A DNA stretch of 64,000 nucleotides from Piedraia hortae CBS 480.64 (Eukaryota): positions 1-64,000 of the forward strand of contig MU006024.1 of assembly GCA_010093745.1 (NCBI GenBank), read 5' to 3'. Shown piece by piece: positions 10,648 through 22,361 of the stretch. Position 1 is the stretch's first letter. Each line of letters opens with the position of its first letter. The notes under the pieces are model-generated. The model was given only the letters and a program-made list of their open reading frames with translations, made no database searches and was not told the DNA's origin. The position numbers and the translations under genes were made by a program.

Positions 10648-12272
10648 TTATTCCAACCCACTTTCCCCTTCCCTCCCCCTCCCCTTCCCCTTCCCCTTCC
10701 CCTTCGGCCACGCCTTGCAAACATCAATCTTCTCCCTCGGATACACCACCTCCAAGCAACAATAAATCAGATAATCAATCACCACCACAATCACAAACAA
10801 CTTCCCCGCCCACGTCCCACAGCCATAATACCTCTTCAGTCTATCGATCAGCGCCGACTTCTGCGTCAGCGCCGTATGCGCACCATAATCCTCCCACTCC
10901 TCACCATACAAACCCCTATTATCCTCCGCGGGCGCTGACCCCGTAACAAGATCGTACACCCTCTCCGTCCGACGAGCAATATCCGCCCAACTGTACATGT
11001 TCTTGACAAGATCGTGGAATTTATCTCTTCTCACATGGCGGGTTTTGTCGGTTAGTAGACCTACAGCTTCCATTACGCCGCGCACGACGTCTTCGACTTC
11101 TGGCAGGATGAAGACGGTCATGTTACTTGGTAGGACTTCGGGTACGCCGCCCACGCGGGTCGCGACGACCATCAGTCCGCATGAGGCGGCTTCGACGAGA
11201 ACGGTGCCAAAGGCCTCGGTTAGGGAGGTGGAGAGGAGCAAGTGTCCCCGTACCATGACGTCGCGGACTTCGTCGTGGCGGATGCTGCCTAGTAGGACGA
11301 CGCGGCTTTGGCCCGAGGCCGTGTAGACTAGTTGCTGCGGGAGAGAGTCGAGGGTTTGTTCGAGGTCGATGGCTTTGGGGCCCGATCCGGCGATTATGAA
11401 GCGGAGGTTGGAGTTGCTTTTGAGGAGGAGGGGGAGGGCGGAGATCAAGAGATCGGTGCCTTTGTTGTAGAAGAGGCGGGAGATGACGATGACGTTGATT
11501 GGATCTCCCGGGCCCGGGGGGTGGCTTGGGTCGGGAGGGGCGGGGAGGAGATTGGAGCTGTACGAGGGTCGGAAGGCGTGTGATTTGGCTTCGTTGGGTT
11601 GAAGCGGTCGGAAGTTGGATGCCACCACGGCGTTGGGGATTACAGATACGGCGAGAGGGTTCAGTGATGCTCGCAGGGTGGTGTTCTCTTTGCAGGTATG
11701 AGATACACAGATGACGTGGCCGACATCGCTGAGGCTCCACTTCAGCAGCTTGTTTGCCAGGATGCTGGCTGCGTCGCTGAAGCCAAAGAGGCTGTGGTCA
11801 GTAAAGACCGTCACCAGCCCCATGGTGCGTGCGTGCAAGATCCCTTCGTGGCAGAGGTTGGATAAGCTGGCATGGCCGTGCACTATCTGAATTTGCTCGC
11901 GGATGAAGATTTGGCGGAGGATTGGAAAAGACGAGAACACTGTCGGAAAGGTCGTCGACCGGTAGACCACCCAATGAGGCAAATGGTAGACTTTGAGTCG
12001 GTTGGTCAGATAGCGCACCCCACTCCTGCTTGGATATGAATCCTGCGGTGGGCCGTAGGCATGGGTGATGATGATGACTTTGTGGCCTCGATCGATCAAT
12101 TTCTGATCGAGTTAGACTTTGGATATATAGTTCAATGTGGCCATACAGAAGAAAGCTGGTAGATGTGCGATTCCACTCCACCTGGCTGAGGAAAGAAGAA
12201 ATCAGAGATCATTCTGTCCTAGTTAGAGGTAATCGCGGTTGATCAAAGTACGCACGCGATGTGGTAAGGCAT
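10648..12272 (-). CDS. GPI3: Phosphatidylinositol N-acetylglucosaminyltransferase catalytic subunit (PIG-A/GPI3/SPT14); 2 introns near the 5' end
   Basis: Spliced N-terminus [66 protein letters not shown]. Confidence 0.95.
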
Positions 12273-12515
12273 TATGAATGTCAGCGAGCCCGAGGGCTCT
12301 TACGGTGTATCTACGACATGTGCCTGTTCAATTACCACCTCAAATGTTTGGGCTGCTGCGATCGCATCCGTCCATCGTCGACGTTGCGACGTGTCACATG
12401 TGACAAGCGGCAACTCCCGCTGCGTCGTGCGGCGACTTTTTTTTTTTTTTTTGAGCAGCGTCGGTTCAAGCAGAGTTACAAAATCTGCCGAATACAAAGC
12501 GTTGTATGATTGGCT

Positions 12516-15050
12516 ATGAATCAGCTGTACAAGCGTTACATCCCCCCCAAGCCCGCGAGCACCTCCACAGCTCCCAATGTGCCCAAAACTAGTCGGCAGA
12601 ATGGCGGCATCTTGAAGACGAAGCGGAAGTTGGAGAAGGAGGCGAATGAAGCTGAACCGAGAAAAGCGAAAAAGCCAAAGACGAAGCAGCCGGGTGGTGA
12701 CGTAGCAAATGGCACTTCTTATAGCGAAGAGCCAGCTCAGGTTGACGATGAAGAGATTCAAAACGATCGTGCTCCCAAAGGCCAATTTGCGCATGTTAAG
12801 AATACCAAAAAGCGGCATAAGTTGGAGAAAGAAGCGAGGAAAGCTGCAAAGTTGGCTGCGAGGGCAAATGGTACTGAGACGACTGCGGATTCGAAACAAA
12901 ATGGCGACGATGTAGCGGCTGAAGAACTACAAGAATCCAGAAACAGCTCTCCGAAGCCTTCCAAAACTGACAAATCCGTCAAGAAGAAAATAGAGGCTGC
13001 ACCGTCTGAGGAAGCGCAAGTAGAAGCAGAGCATGTTCCCAAGCCATCAAAGCGACGGCACAAACTAGAAGGAATCCTGCAACAGCCCGCTGAAGATGGA
13101 GAGGATCATCTGCAACCACACGAGAAGGTGATTGGCAAGTTTCGCAAAGCAATCAAAGAGAAGCCGGATTCGGCACGAGAAAGAGAAGAAGCCGAAGCGG
13201 AGCCTCCAGTTCTGCGCGATATCGCACCAATACCTATGCCCAAGGAAGAGCCAGCACCAGCCTTTGTATCCGATGCATCTGCGCTTCCCAAATGGCTAGC
13301 CGAGCCGCAGATCATCGACGGTGAGAGCAAGGCTACGTTCAAAGACCTCAAACTGCCTGAATCCACTGTATCGAACCTCGGACTTCTCGGTCTGTCGGAC
13401 GCTCTACCCGTGCAACAAGCTGTGATCCCACTGCTCATCTCACCAGGCTTACCCGGTGCTGCGTATCGAGTGGGAACTGAGATCATGCTCCCCGATCTCG
13501 TCGTAAATTCCACCACAGGCAGTGGGAAAACGCTGGCATACCTTTTGCCCATGGTAGAAGCTCTGAAGAACATTGGGTTTAGAGATGGCAAACTTCGAGG
13601 GCTTATCGTAGTACCAACCAGCGAGTTGGTCAAGCAAGTAGCCTCTGTAGCCTCGCTTTTGACAAAAGACAGCCGTGTCTTAGCAGGCACGGCGACGGGT
13701 ACTCGGAGACTAAGAGATGAGCAGCAGAAACTAGTACGCATGGAGCAAATATACTCCCCTGATGCCTACAACGCTCTGCAGAAGAGGATGCATTGGCGCA
13801 ACTACCCGCCTGCAGAGGATGACGACGACTATGATGCCTACATTGCTGATCTTCTGCATGCCGACGAGCGAGATGAGGAGCTGCTTCGGGACGCCTTGGA
13901 CTGCATCCCGTTTCACGTCCCGAAATACTCGTTCAATGTTGACATTCTCATCTGCACCCCAGGCCGTCTTCTCGAGCATATAACTAGTACTCTTGGCTTC
14001 ACGTTGGCGCATCTGCGATGGCTTGTCCTCGATGAAGCGGATAAGCTGCTGAACCAGCAATACGACGGCTTCCTCGAAGTTGTGAATCACGAGATCTCGC
14101 GTGAGCGCAGACCGGACGAGCAAGACGATCGGGAAAAGTACTTGCGGTCAAAGGGTATTTGGGAAGAGCACCGACAGCGACGTGTGAGGAAAGTCGTCTT
14201 AAGCGCAACAATGGTCTCGGACGTGGGCAAATTTTCCGCTCTGAATCTGTATCGACCAAGGATGATCATCGCTCGAACGCACAGAGAGAGTCAGCAGGAT
14301 GCGGGTGCCACGTGCCCAGAGTACGAGCTGCCTCCACGACTTCTGGAGCTGTACGTACCCGTGGGAGATGGGAGCGAGAAGCCATTATATCTCATTGAAA
14401 TCGTGGCAAGGAAGATCCTCGCTTCTTTCAACCCAGATGCAGACCCTGAAAGCCCAGATGAGTCCATCTCCGGGCGCAACACTTCTCCCTCTTCCGAGTC
14501 AAGCTCTGCAAAAATCCACCCTTCGCGTGCTGCCCTCCTCAAAACGAAATCAACCAAGCCAGCCCCGACAATCTTGATCTTCACCGCCAGCAAAGAGTCC
14601 ACCGCGCGTCTAGCCCATCTCCTCAAAAACCTCAAACCAGAATGGACGCCATTCATCTCGACAATCGCCAAAGCCAAACCCAAAGGGACAACCGCACAGC
14701 CCCCCTCTAAACCTTCGATCACAATCTCCACCGACCGGTCATCAAGGGGAATAGACTCTTTAGCCTCGCAGCGTTTTTTCACGCATGTAATCCAATACGA
14801 CGTGCCGCGGTCTGTTGAGGAGTATGTCCACCGCGTAGGCCGCACCGCGAGAGCAGGGCGCGAAGGACAAGCGTGGACGCTAGTCGCGCATTCTGAAGCG
14901 CGGTGGTTCGTCAATGAAATCGTGCGCGCGGGGAATGTGCGCAGGGAACACGGCGCGGAGCGGATCCGGATTGCTCTGCGTGAGAAGAGATTGATAGCGA
15001 AATTTGCCGTCGTCGTTGACGAGATGCGGGAGATGGTCTTTGGGAAGTAG
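12516..15050 (+). CDS. DBP6: DEAD-box RNA helicase, Dbp6/DDX51 type
   Basis: TTGSGKTLAYLLP, DILICTPGRL, VLDEADKLL, LSAT and YVHRVGRTARAG; N-terminal YKRYIPPK. Confidence 0.88.
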   Translation: MNQLYKRYIPPKPASTSTAPNVPKTSRQNGGILKTKRKLEKEANEAEPRKAKKPKTKQPGGDVANGTSYSEEPAQVDDEEIQNDRAPKGQFAHVKNTKKRHKLEKEARKAAKLAARANGTETTADSKQNGDDVAAEELQESRNSSPKPSKTDKSVKKKIEAAPSEEAQVEAEHVPKPSKRRHKLEGILQQPAEDGEDHLQPHEKVIGKFRKAIKEKPDSAREREEAEAEPPVLRDIAPIPMPKEEPAPAFVSDASALPKWLAEPQIIDGESKATFKDLKLPESTVSNLGLLGLSDALPVQQAVIPLLISPGLPGAAYRVGTEIMLPDLVVNSTTGSGKTLAYLLPMVEALKNIGFRDGKLRGLIVVPTSELVKQVASVASLLTKDSRVLAGTATGTRRLRDEQQKLVRMEQIYSPDAYNALQKRMHWRNYPPAEDDDDYDAYIADLLHADERDEELLRDALDCIPFHVPKYSFNVDILICTPGRLLEHITSTLGFTLAHLRWLVLDEADKLLNQQYDGFLEVVNHEISRERRPDEQDDREKYLRSKGIWEEHRQRRVRKVVLSATMVSDVGKFSALNLYRPRMIIARTHRESQQDAGATCPEYELPPRLLELYVPVGDGSEKPLYLIEIVARKILASFNPDADPESPDESISGRNTSPSSESSSAKIHPSRAALLKTKSTKPAPTILIFTASKESTARLAHLLKNLKPEWTPFISTIAKAKPKGTTAQPPSKPSITISTDRSSRGIDSLASQRFFTHVIQYDVPRSVEEYVHRVGRTARAGREGQAWTLVAHSEARWFVNEIVRAGNVRREHGAERIRIALREKRLIAKFAVVVDEMREMVFGK

Positions 15051-15240
15051 CAGCCATACATTCCTTCAGCCCTACTGCAGTGAAGCCAGAGTCACGCATG
15101 GATCACGAACTCCGTGAGTGAACCCATCACCAAGCACCCGGAGCATGCCTATACAAAGCTCCTTGCCGATCCACGGCGAATCCCCAATCCTGTCCATACT
15201 CACAATCCTTCCCCATCCCAATCACCCCAAATCCTAACCA

Positions 15241-16044
15241 ATGGACCCCACAACCCTCAAAAACAAAGGCAACACCGCCTTTCGCACGGGCGACTTTCTC
15301 TCCGCGGAGCGATCCTACACAAGTGCAATAACCACCACCCCCTCCAACCCAATATTATACACCAACCGCGCGAACGCACGCCTCAAACTCCACCGCTACC
15401 TCGACGCCGCATCCGACTGCCACATCGCGCTCGCCCTTTCCTCCTCCAACGCCAAAGCGCACTACTTCCTAAGCCAAGCGCAGCTTGGTTTATCCCAACC
15501 CGACGAGGCGCTAGCCTCGTCAATGAAAGCCTACAACTTATCTCGCCGCGCGGGCGACCTCGCCCGAGTAAAGGACTTCCAATCCTACTCTTCCTTAGTC
15601 CTCAAATGTCGCAAAGCAAGGCTCCTTGCCCGCCAAACAAAAAAGAGGAAGGGCCGCTCCGCTCTTCTCGCCGAACTCGAAGAACTACTAACCCAGCACC
15701 ACCAAACCCAGATCAATAGCATAACCGATCCCGCGGAGAAGAAGAAGGTTGAGGGGGAGTTCAAGGAGAAAGTGAGATCGCTCCGCGATGTGTTTGAAAG
15801 CAAACGGAAAAATGTGCCAAACTGGATGACCGATCCAATCACATTTGAAATCATGCATGACCCCGTGACGACGAAACACGGACATAGTTATGAGCGGGGA
15901 ACGATAATTGAGCATTTGAAGAGGAATGCGGTTGATCCGCTTACGAGGGAGACGTTGTTTGTGAGGGATTTGAGGGATAATCTTGCGCTGAGAGAGGCGT
16001 GTGAGGAGTTTTGGAACCGAGGGGAGGGGGGGGTTGATTGGTAA
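15241..16044 (+). CDS. TPR plus U-box E3 ubiquitin ligase (CHIP/STUB1-like)
   Basis: TPR motifs LKNKGNTAF and YTNRANARLKL; U-box VPNWMTDPITFEIMHDPVTTKHGHSYER...DPLTRE. Confidence 0.92.
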   Translation: MDPTTLKNKGNTAFRTGDFLSAERSYTSAITTTPSNPILYTNRANARLKLHRYLDAASDCHIALALSSSNAKAHYFLSQAQLGLSQPDEALASSMKAYNLSRRAGDLARVKDFQSYSSLVLKCRKARLLARQTKKRKGRSALLAELEELLTQHHQTQINSITDPAEKKKVEGEFKEKVRSLRDVFESKRKNVPNWMTDPITFEIMHDPVTTKHGHSYERGTIIEHLKRNAVDPLTRETLFVRDLRDNLALREACEEFWNRGEGGVDW

Positions 16045-16052
16045 GACATGGT

Positions 16053-17000
16053 TTAGGGGTGGGAGGATTTGGATTTAATTGCGGTAGTGGGTATGGAGGG
16101 TTTATAGACTCTAGAATCCTCCAGAATTCTTTCCATCATATGCAGTAGACCAAGAGGCTCGCTAGAAGCGAGATGAATCCTCCTGGAATCGTGTTTCGGA
16201 AAATGCAGATCGATTTCCACTGTGCTGGCGTCCGGTGGGAGGATGAACTTAGCTATGGTCATGCCAAAAGCCAGAGAAGAGGAATGCCACAGCTTGCTCT
16301 GACAGGCATCGCGTCTGCACAGTGGCAGTGCTGGGCCAAGGACGGGAAGTTCGACTCGTAATAGCGAAGGTGACTGAAATAGCGGAGCCGTTGTTGATAG
16401 CTGTGATTGGATTGGCGAAGTGCGCTCGGTAAGTTGTTTGTGTTGCCATTTGTGACAAAAAAAAAAAAGTTGGGTCCGTTGAAGGCGCTTTGCAGGGCCG
16501 CGATAACGATGTCGTCACTCGCGTTGATCAGGCTTGGACGGACAATGTTACCCAGCGTCTTGCTCTTGTGCGAGCGCGAGTTCTCCAAAAATTTCAGGTG
16601 CAGATTATCGAAGTCGCTGCTCTTGACCTCCATTCGGTCACCAGAACTTTACGACTCTGATGCAGTGTGTCAGTACCTGGTTCCACCTGGCGAAGTTGCT
16701 CGAGCATGGCCTCCAGCTGCATTTTTTTGGCAATACCAGTAAAGAGGTGGTATCTCACGGTATTTATCCGCAGATTGATTGTGTCGATTGTCAACGATTC
16801 GACCAGCTCGTAGTTTTGCCCCACGCCTTTCTCGAGCGTTTTCTTGAGAGATGCGAGTTTTGCCTGCCCGGCATCGATACGTTGCACGACATCCATATTG
16901 GCAACCCAGCTATTGGGTAGGGCAAGCCGCGCTCGAGCGACTGCTAGCAGAACTTTGGGCTATGTATGGCGAATCCTTCTTAGAGATTCAGATTCTGCTG
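16053..17000 (-). pseudogene. Possible frameshifted gene remnant
   Basis: Chain of overlapping minus-strand ORF pieces (16594-16896, 16259-16633, 16249-16518, 16053-16262). Confidence 0.3.
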
Positions 17001-17332
17001 TGGTACCCCTGTCACGTTGCACTGCGCCGATATCCTTATCAAACGCAGAGGGCTGTCTCGCCTGCACCCTGCTAGCGATCTATTCACCAATTTTGTTGCT
17101 TTATGCGATGGTCTACGGCTTCGCGTTGCTCAGGTTTACCGCTTCGCACGGTCTTAGTAAATGGTGTATAGACATGCTGTTGTTTGCATGGCTGGCTTTG
17201 CGCATGAACCTACCTCTTCACACATTTCGCCTTTAGCTGCCATGGAGTGCACCTCCGCGGTTGTATTGTAGCCGCAAAGACTTTGCAGCCACCCCCACAC
17301 CTCGGCATTGGCACCCTCGAGCAGACACCAAA

Positions 17333-19039
17333 ATGCCCGAGATGTGGAAAGAGATCGCTGCACAAAAGCAGAAACAGCGTGACGAGCGAATCCCAAAGGA
17401 ATGGAAGCTATCTTCCCTCCCACCACAAGAAAAAACTAATGTCCTCGACATCCCGCATCGAAGCGGCATACTCACATCCGAGGAGCTCCGAATCACTGAA
17501 TCCTACGATGCCAGCGACCTAGTAACACAGCTAGCCAGTGGACGACTCAAAAGCGTTGAGGTAACAACTGCATTTTGCAAGCGCGCTGCCATCGCACAGC
17601 AAGTGTCAAACTGCTTAACTGAGATCTTCTTTGACGATGCACTTGCTCGTGCACGCGAGCTTGACGAACACTGGCAGCGATACAAAACCCCCAAAGGGCC
17701 GCTACATGGCTTGCCGATTTCGTTAAAAGACTCGTTCAAGGTAAAGGGGTACGATGCTTCGACTGGGATTGCATCGCTTTGCTTCAAGCCGGCGAGCTCG
17801 AATTCGGCACTGGTGGATCTCTTGCTAGATGCTGGTGCGGTTTTGTATTGCAAGACGAATGTACCTCAGACTCTGGGCGCTTTGGATTCGCACAACCATG
17901 TCTTTGGTCGCACGCTCAATCCTATAAACAGGCGTTTGACGGCCGGTGGAAGCAGCGGTGGTGAGGGTGCGTTGATTGCGATGCGTGGAAGTCCGCTCGG
18001 TGTAGGGACTGATGTCGGTGGCAGCATTCGTATCCCGTCCATGAATAACGGACTTGTGGGTGTGAAACCTAGCCACGGCAGAGTACCGTATGCAGGACAG
18101 GAGAATGTTGTGCTTCCGGGGATCAATAAAGTCGGAATGGATCCAACTGCGGGTCCAATCGCCCACTCGGTCAGGGACTGTGAAATGTTCTTCCGCATAG
18201 TATCGGAAGCTTCTCCGAATGTCTACGATCCAGAGGTGATTCCCCAAACATGGAATCAGATGGCTCCTCTACAGACCCAGCGGCCTCTTCTGATCGGCAT
18301 TGTCAAGAGTGATGGCCTAGTGGAGCCACTTCCACCAATACGGCGGCTGATCGATGAAGTAGCACAGAGCCTACGCAATTCAGGTCAACCGCTACAGGTG
18401 ATCGAAGTCGACATGTCTTTCATCGGCCCACGGCTTTTGAAAGGCTTCAACGATCTCATGTCTCCTTCTGGTACACAAAACACACATGCCCTCCTCGAAA
18501 AGACCGGAGAGCCACTTTCACCTTGGCTAAAGACCCGCCTCCCGAAAGTCCCGGCGAAAACGGTGGAGAAAGTCCGTCAAGCTCAGGCCCAGCGAGCTGA
18601 TTTCCAGGCCGAATTTAACAAAATCTGGCATGAAGCTGGAGGGCATTGGAAGACATTCGATAGCAAAGCGGGCAAGGGTAACAGAATGCTGGATGTCATC
18701 ATCTGTCCTGTGGCACCTCATCCCGTGCCGCCGATTGATCGCTGGGGCACGATGAATTACACGGGAGCTTTTAACGTCCTTGATTGTCCCGCCGGGGCAT
18801 TGCCCGTCCGCAGCATGCGTCGAGAAGACTTGGAAGGCGAAGTTGCTTCATCGCCGGCTGCAAATCCTCTGGAGAAGGCCAATCGGTCACTGTGGACGGA
18901 GCGAGAACTGTACCTCGGAACCCCGTTGAGTATTCAGATCGTGTGTCCTAAGCTCATGGATAGGAAGCTGTTCGAGGCCATGGGTGCCCTGGAAAAGACT
19001 CTCAAGCCTCTGGCTTCTGAGCCTGTAAGTAAGCTGTGA
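17333..19039 (+). CDS. Amidase-signature family protein
   Basis: GPLHGLPISLKD, GGSSGGEGALI, GTDVGGSIRIP. Confidence 0.95.
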   Translation: MPEMWKEIAAQKQKQRDERIPKEWKLSSLPPQEKTNVLDIPHRSGILTSEELRITESYDASDLVTQLASGRLKSVEVTTAFCKRAAIAQQVSNCLTEIFFDDALARARELDEHWQRYKTPKGPLHGLPISLKDSFKVKGYDASTGIASLCFKPASSNSALVDLLLDAGAVLYCKTNVPQTLGALDSHNHVFGRTLNPINRRLTAGGSSGGEGALIAMRGSPLGVGTDVGGSIRIPSMNNGLVGVKPSHGRVPYAGQENVVLPGINKVGMDPTAGPIAHSVRDCEMFFRIVSEASPNVYDPEVIPQTWNQMAPLQTQRPLLIGIVKSDGLVEPLPPIRRLIDEVAQSLRNSGQPLQVIEVDMSFIGPRLLKGFNDLMSPSGTQNTHALLEKTGEPLSPWLKTRLPKVPAKTVEKVRQAQAQRADFQAEFNKIWHEAGGHWKTFDSKAGKGNRMLDVIICPVAPHPVPPIDRWGTMNYTGAFNVLDCPAGALPVRSMRREDLEGEVASSPAANPLEKANRSLWTERELYLGTPLSIQIVCPKLMDRKLFEAMGALEKTLKPLASEPVSKL

Positions 19040-19155
19040 TTAGGAATGTCTGACGGTGATATTCAAGTGCGCGCCGTCTGATTGGTCTTTTCCACGGACC
19101 GGCCCGTTGCACCAATCACAACCTCAGCTGAACGACCACCTGCGATTTTGCGTCC

Positions 19156-20730
19156 ATGTCCAGCGCTTCGCGACGAAGCTTGAGCGCATTCAAATCCACC
19201 ATGACGAAACAAAAGCTTCATGGTCGCGCCTTTTACGAATCCATCGGCAGTCCGAAGCACATCCTGGCGCCCATGGTCGACCAATCCGAGTTCGTCTGGC
19301 GCATGCTCACCCGCTCCTTTCTGCCGCCGGAATTGCGCTCCTCAATACTAGCCTACACTCCCATGTTCCACGCAAAGCTCTTTGCCGAAAAACCAAAGTA
19401 CAGGGCGCAGCACTTTGAGCCGATGACACAAGAACAGAAGAGCCATCTGGACGGGAACCCGAAATTTGACCGCCCGCTCTTCGTACAGTTTTGCGCAAAT
19501 GATGCCGATGTTCTACTGGAAGCGGCCAAGTATGTGGTGCCGTACTGTGATGCTGTGGACCTGAATCTGGGATGTCCTCAGGGTATCGCAAAAAGAGGTC
19601 GCTATGGCGCTTTCTTGCAAGAGAATTGGGATACGATCCGAAAGCTCATCAATACGCTGCATTTGAATCTCGATGTGCCCGTCACGGCCAAGTTTAGGAT
19701 ACTGGAATCAAAGGAGAAGACGCTAAGTTATGCGAAAATGATGCTGGACGCTGGCGCGAGTATCCTCACGGTGCATGGGAGGCAGAGGGAGCAGAAGGGG
19801 CATCAGACGGGCTTGGCGGATTACCAGGTTATCCGGTACCTGAGGGAGATGTTGCCAAAAGAGACAGTTATCTTTGCGAATGGCAATATTTTGCAGCATG
19901 ATGATATCCAAAAGTGTCTTGATGAGACGGGTGTAGACGGCGTGATGAGTGCCGAGGGCAATTTGTATGATCCCTCCATATTTTGCGATCCACCACCAGT
20001 AGGCCAAGAGGGCAGAGAATATTGGCGGGGAAGGGATGGAAAGGGCGGTTACAGGGCGGATGCCGTGCTTCGTCGCTACCTAGATCTTGTGCATAAATAT
20101 GTTCTGGGCAAGGAACCGCCTCGAAGAGAACCCTTGTTCATAACTTCAGATGTCGTGGAAAGCCCTGCAGAGCAAAAAGTAGCGCCAAGCCTCAAGCGAA
20201 AAGCAGATGAAGACACAGAGTGTCAAGTCTCGAAGAAGCAAAGAAGATCTGAAGCGAAACAGGGAAAACAAGAGAAGTGCACGGATCCTAACCTGGTGGC
20301 CATGCAAGCGCATTGCTTCCATATCCTCCGGCCGTTGGTTGCAAAGCACCACGGTGTACGGGATGCGCTCGCAAAATGCCGAGCAGGCGACATTGATGCA
20401 TTCGAAGACGTTCTCACTCTTACCGAGGAAGCAGTTAAGGAAGGATTGTGTGATTACGCAACCGACCCCTTTCAGTTTGAACCCAAGGGTGAGAGCACGG
20501 TAAAAAGAGATGAAAAAGAATGCTCTGATGAAGCAGTAAAGAGATGTAGACGACCTTACTGGGTCTGTCAGCCGTACGTACGGCCTTTGCCCAAGGAGGC
20601 GCTGGAAAAGGGAAGTCTACAGCTGAGTAAAAAGGAGATAAGGAAGTTGAAAGAATTAGAGGCTCATGCCCAAGCCATTAATGAAAACCCGGCGATTGTT
20701 GAAGGTGAGCATCCGATGGCACAAGGGTAG
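19156..20730 (+). CDS. DUS1: tRNA-dihydrouridine synthase 1
   Basis: LAPMVDQSE, DRPLFVQFCAND, DLNLGCPQGIAKRGRYGAFL, LTVHGR, ANGNI. The start could be the ATG at 19201. Confidence 0.93.
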   Translation: MSSASRRSLSAFKSTMTKQKLHGRAFYESIGSPKHILAPMVDQSEFVWRMLTRSFLPPELRSSILAYTPMFHAKLFAEKPKYRAQHFEPMTQEQKSHLDGNPKFDRPLFVQFCANDADVLLEAAKYVVPYCDAVDLNLGCPQGIAKRGRYGAFLQENWDTIRKLINTLHLNLDVPVTAKFRILESKEKTLSYAKMMLDAGASILTVHGRQREQKGHQTGLADYQVIRYLREMLPKETVIFANGNILQHDDIQKCLDETGVDGVMSAEGNLYDPSIFCDPPPVGQEGREYWRGRDGKGGYRADAVLRRYLDLVHKYVLGKEPPRREPLFITSDVVESPAEQKVAPSLKRKADEDTECQVSKKQRRSEAKQGKQEKCTDPNLVAMQAHCFHILRPLVAKHHGVRDALAKCRAGDIDAFEDVLTLTEEAVKEGLCDYATDPFQFEPKGESTVKRDEKECSDEAVKRCRRPYWVCQPYVRPLPKEALEKGSLQLSKKEIRKLKELEAHAQAINENPAIVEGEHPMAQG

Positions 20731-20914
20731 GGTAGGCAGATAGATGTTGAAGTTGATGTTCGTCTGTCTGACGTTCGAGTTTCGTGGTTGGCGGGGTAAG
20801 TGCCTGAGGCTGACACAATTCATGCCTGAGGCTTACACGCCAAGAAAGCACGAATCTCCGCCATTTCGACAAGCGCACAGTGACATCGACGTTCGACCAC
20901 TAACACCCGCCATC

Positions 20915-21521
20915 ATGTCGCTTGTCTCCGGCGAAAAATCGAACTTCCAGTTCATTTTGCGTCTGCTCAATACCAACGTATGTCCGATACACCGAGGAAG
21001 AGAAGTCGCGCCGCGGAAGGGATTGGGGGTATTGGACAGGCAGTGCTAACAAAACCGCGTTAAACAGGTCGATGGCAAGCAGAAGGTCATGTATGCCTTG
21101 ACCAAGATCAAGGGTGTCGGACGCCGTTACAGCAACTTGGTCTGCAAGAAGGCCGATGTCGACCTCAACAAGCGGTGCGTCCCGGCCTACAGTTTACGAG
21201 AAGCGTCTGTACTGACCGCACTGCAGCGCTGGAGAGCTGACCTCCGAAGAACTTGAGCGTATCGTGACTATCCTCCAAAATCCTACGCAATACAAGATCC
21301 CTACCTGGTTCCTCAATCGTCAACGCGATATCGTGGATGGAAAGAATTCGCAGATCCTCGCCAACGGCGTCGACAGCAAGCTTCGCGAGGACTTGGAGCG
21401 TCTCAAGAAGATTCGTGCGCATCGTGGTCTGAGGCACTACTGGGGCCTGCGCGTTCGCGGTCAACACAGCAAGACCACCGGTCGTCGGGGTCGCACGGTC
21501 GGTGTGTCGAAGAAGAAGTAA
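20915..21521 (+). CDS. RPS18: 40S ribosomal protein S18 (uS13); introns 20978-21067 and 21175-21226
   Basis: [33 protein letters not shown]...[33 protein letters not shown]. Confidence 0.97.
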
Positions 21522-21803
21522 GCCAGTGCGGCTGGAGGCTAGTGTATGCCATGGAACATGTTCTGCATTCCCTGTACTACAGTTCGAGGTAGTCACTTCA
21601 TGTCTCACTGGTAGAAATGGTTTTCAAGCGTCAGAGTCAAGTGTCATTTTGGCATGTAGACTGGAAATGATGCTGGTTAAATCACTCATGGTGCGAAGAC
21701 GACGCTCTTTGTTTGAATGCTACATTGGAGAACACTGTTCTCTGTAGTGCTCGACTGTAAAGGCAAAGAAACGCTGAGACATCACTCCATTGTCATTATC
21801 GCT

Positions 21804-22199
21804 TTAGTCACCGCCACCGACCGCCCGGGCTGTATGTTGTTAGTATTGAATCGTGGACTTTTAAGATGGTAGACTCACTATAGATGTTGCCCGAGCTGTG
21901 CGAGACCACCTTCTTGATCTGACCCTTGTTTTCAAGGTCGGCGAGCGCTTTCCGGGCCAGTGAGCCGTTGATTTTGAGGCGATCGACAAGCACAGCGACT
22001 GTAATGAGACGATAGGACTGCACGTCCTTTTGCAGCTTCTCAGACGTGTTCTTGTCAAGCACGACGGCGTGTTGAGCCTTGTCCTTGACTGTTGCGCGCA
22101 TACATTAGCGCATGCCAACGACTCCGCAAAAAACACTATACCCTTTCCCTTTGACCACTTCTTCTTTTGCTTCTTGCCGCCGGTAGCTGCGGGTGCCAT
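21804..22199 (-). CDS. RPS25: 40S ribosomal protein S25 (eS25); 2 introns
   Basis: MAPAATGGKKQKKKWSKGK|VKDKAQHAVVLD...LVDRLKINGSLARKAL. Confidence 0.96.
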
Positions 22200-22361
22200 G
22201 TTGAACAATGGTTTGGTTGGAGGTGTGTCGTGGTGAGATTTCGCTCCAACTTCGGTGCGAGGCTTGGCACTCGCGCGGACAGTTCCGAGTCACGTGCAGC
22301 TCTGCAACCGCAGTTTGCTGTAAGGAACGGAGCGAGATGTTCGTTGCGCCATCGTCCAGAA

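Noticed and set aside
12300..15061. Long antisense ORFs over DBP6 (and similar ones over the amidase, ADE13, COY1 and CPS1)
   Set aside because: Shadow frames of GC-rich coding sequence with no protein-family features.
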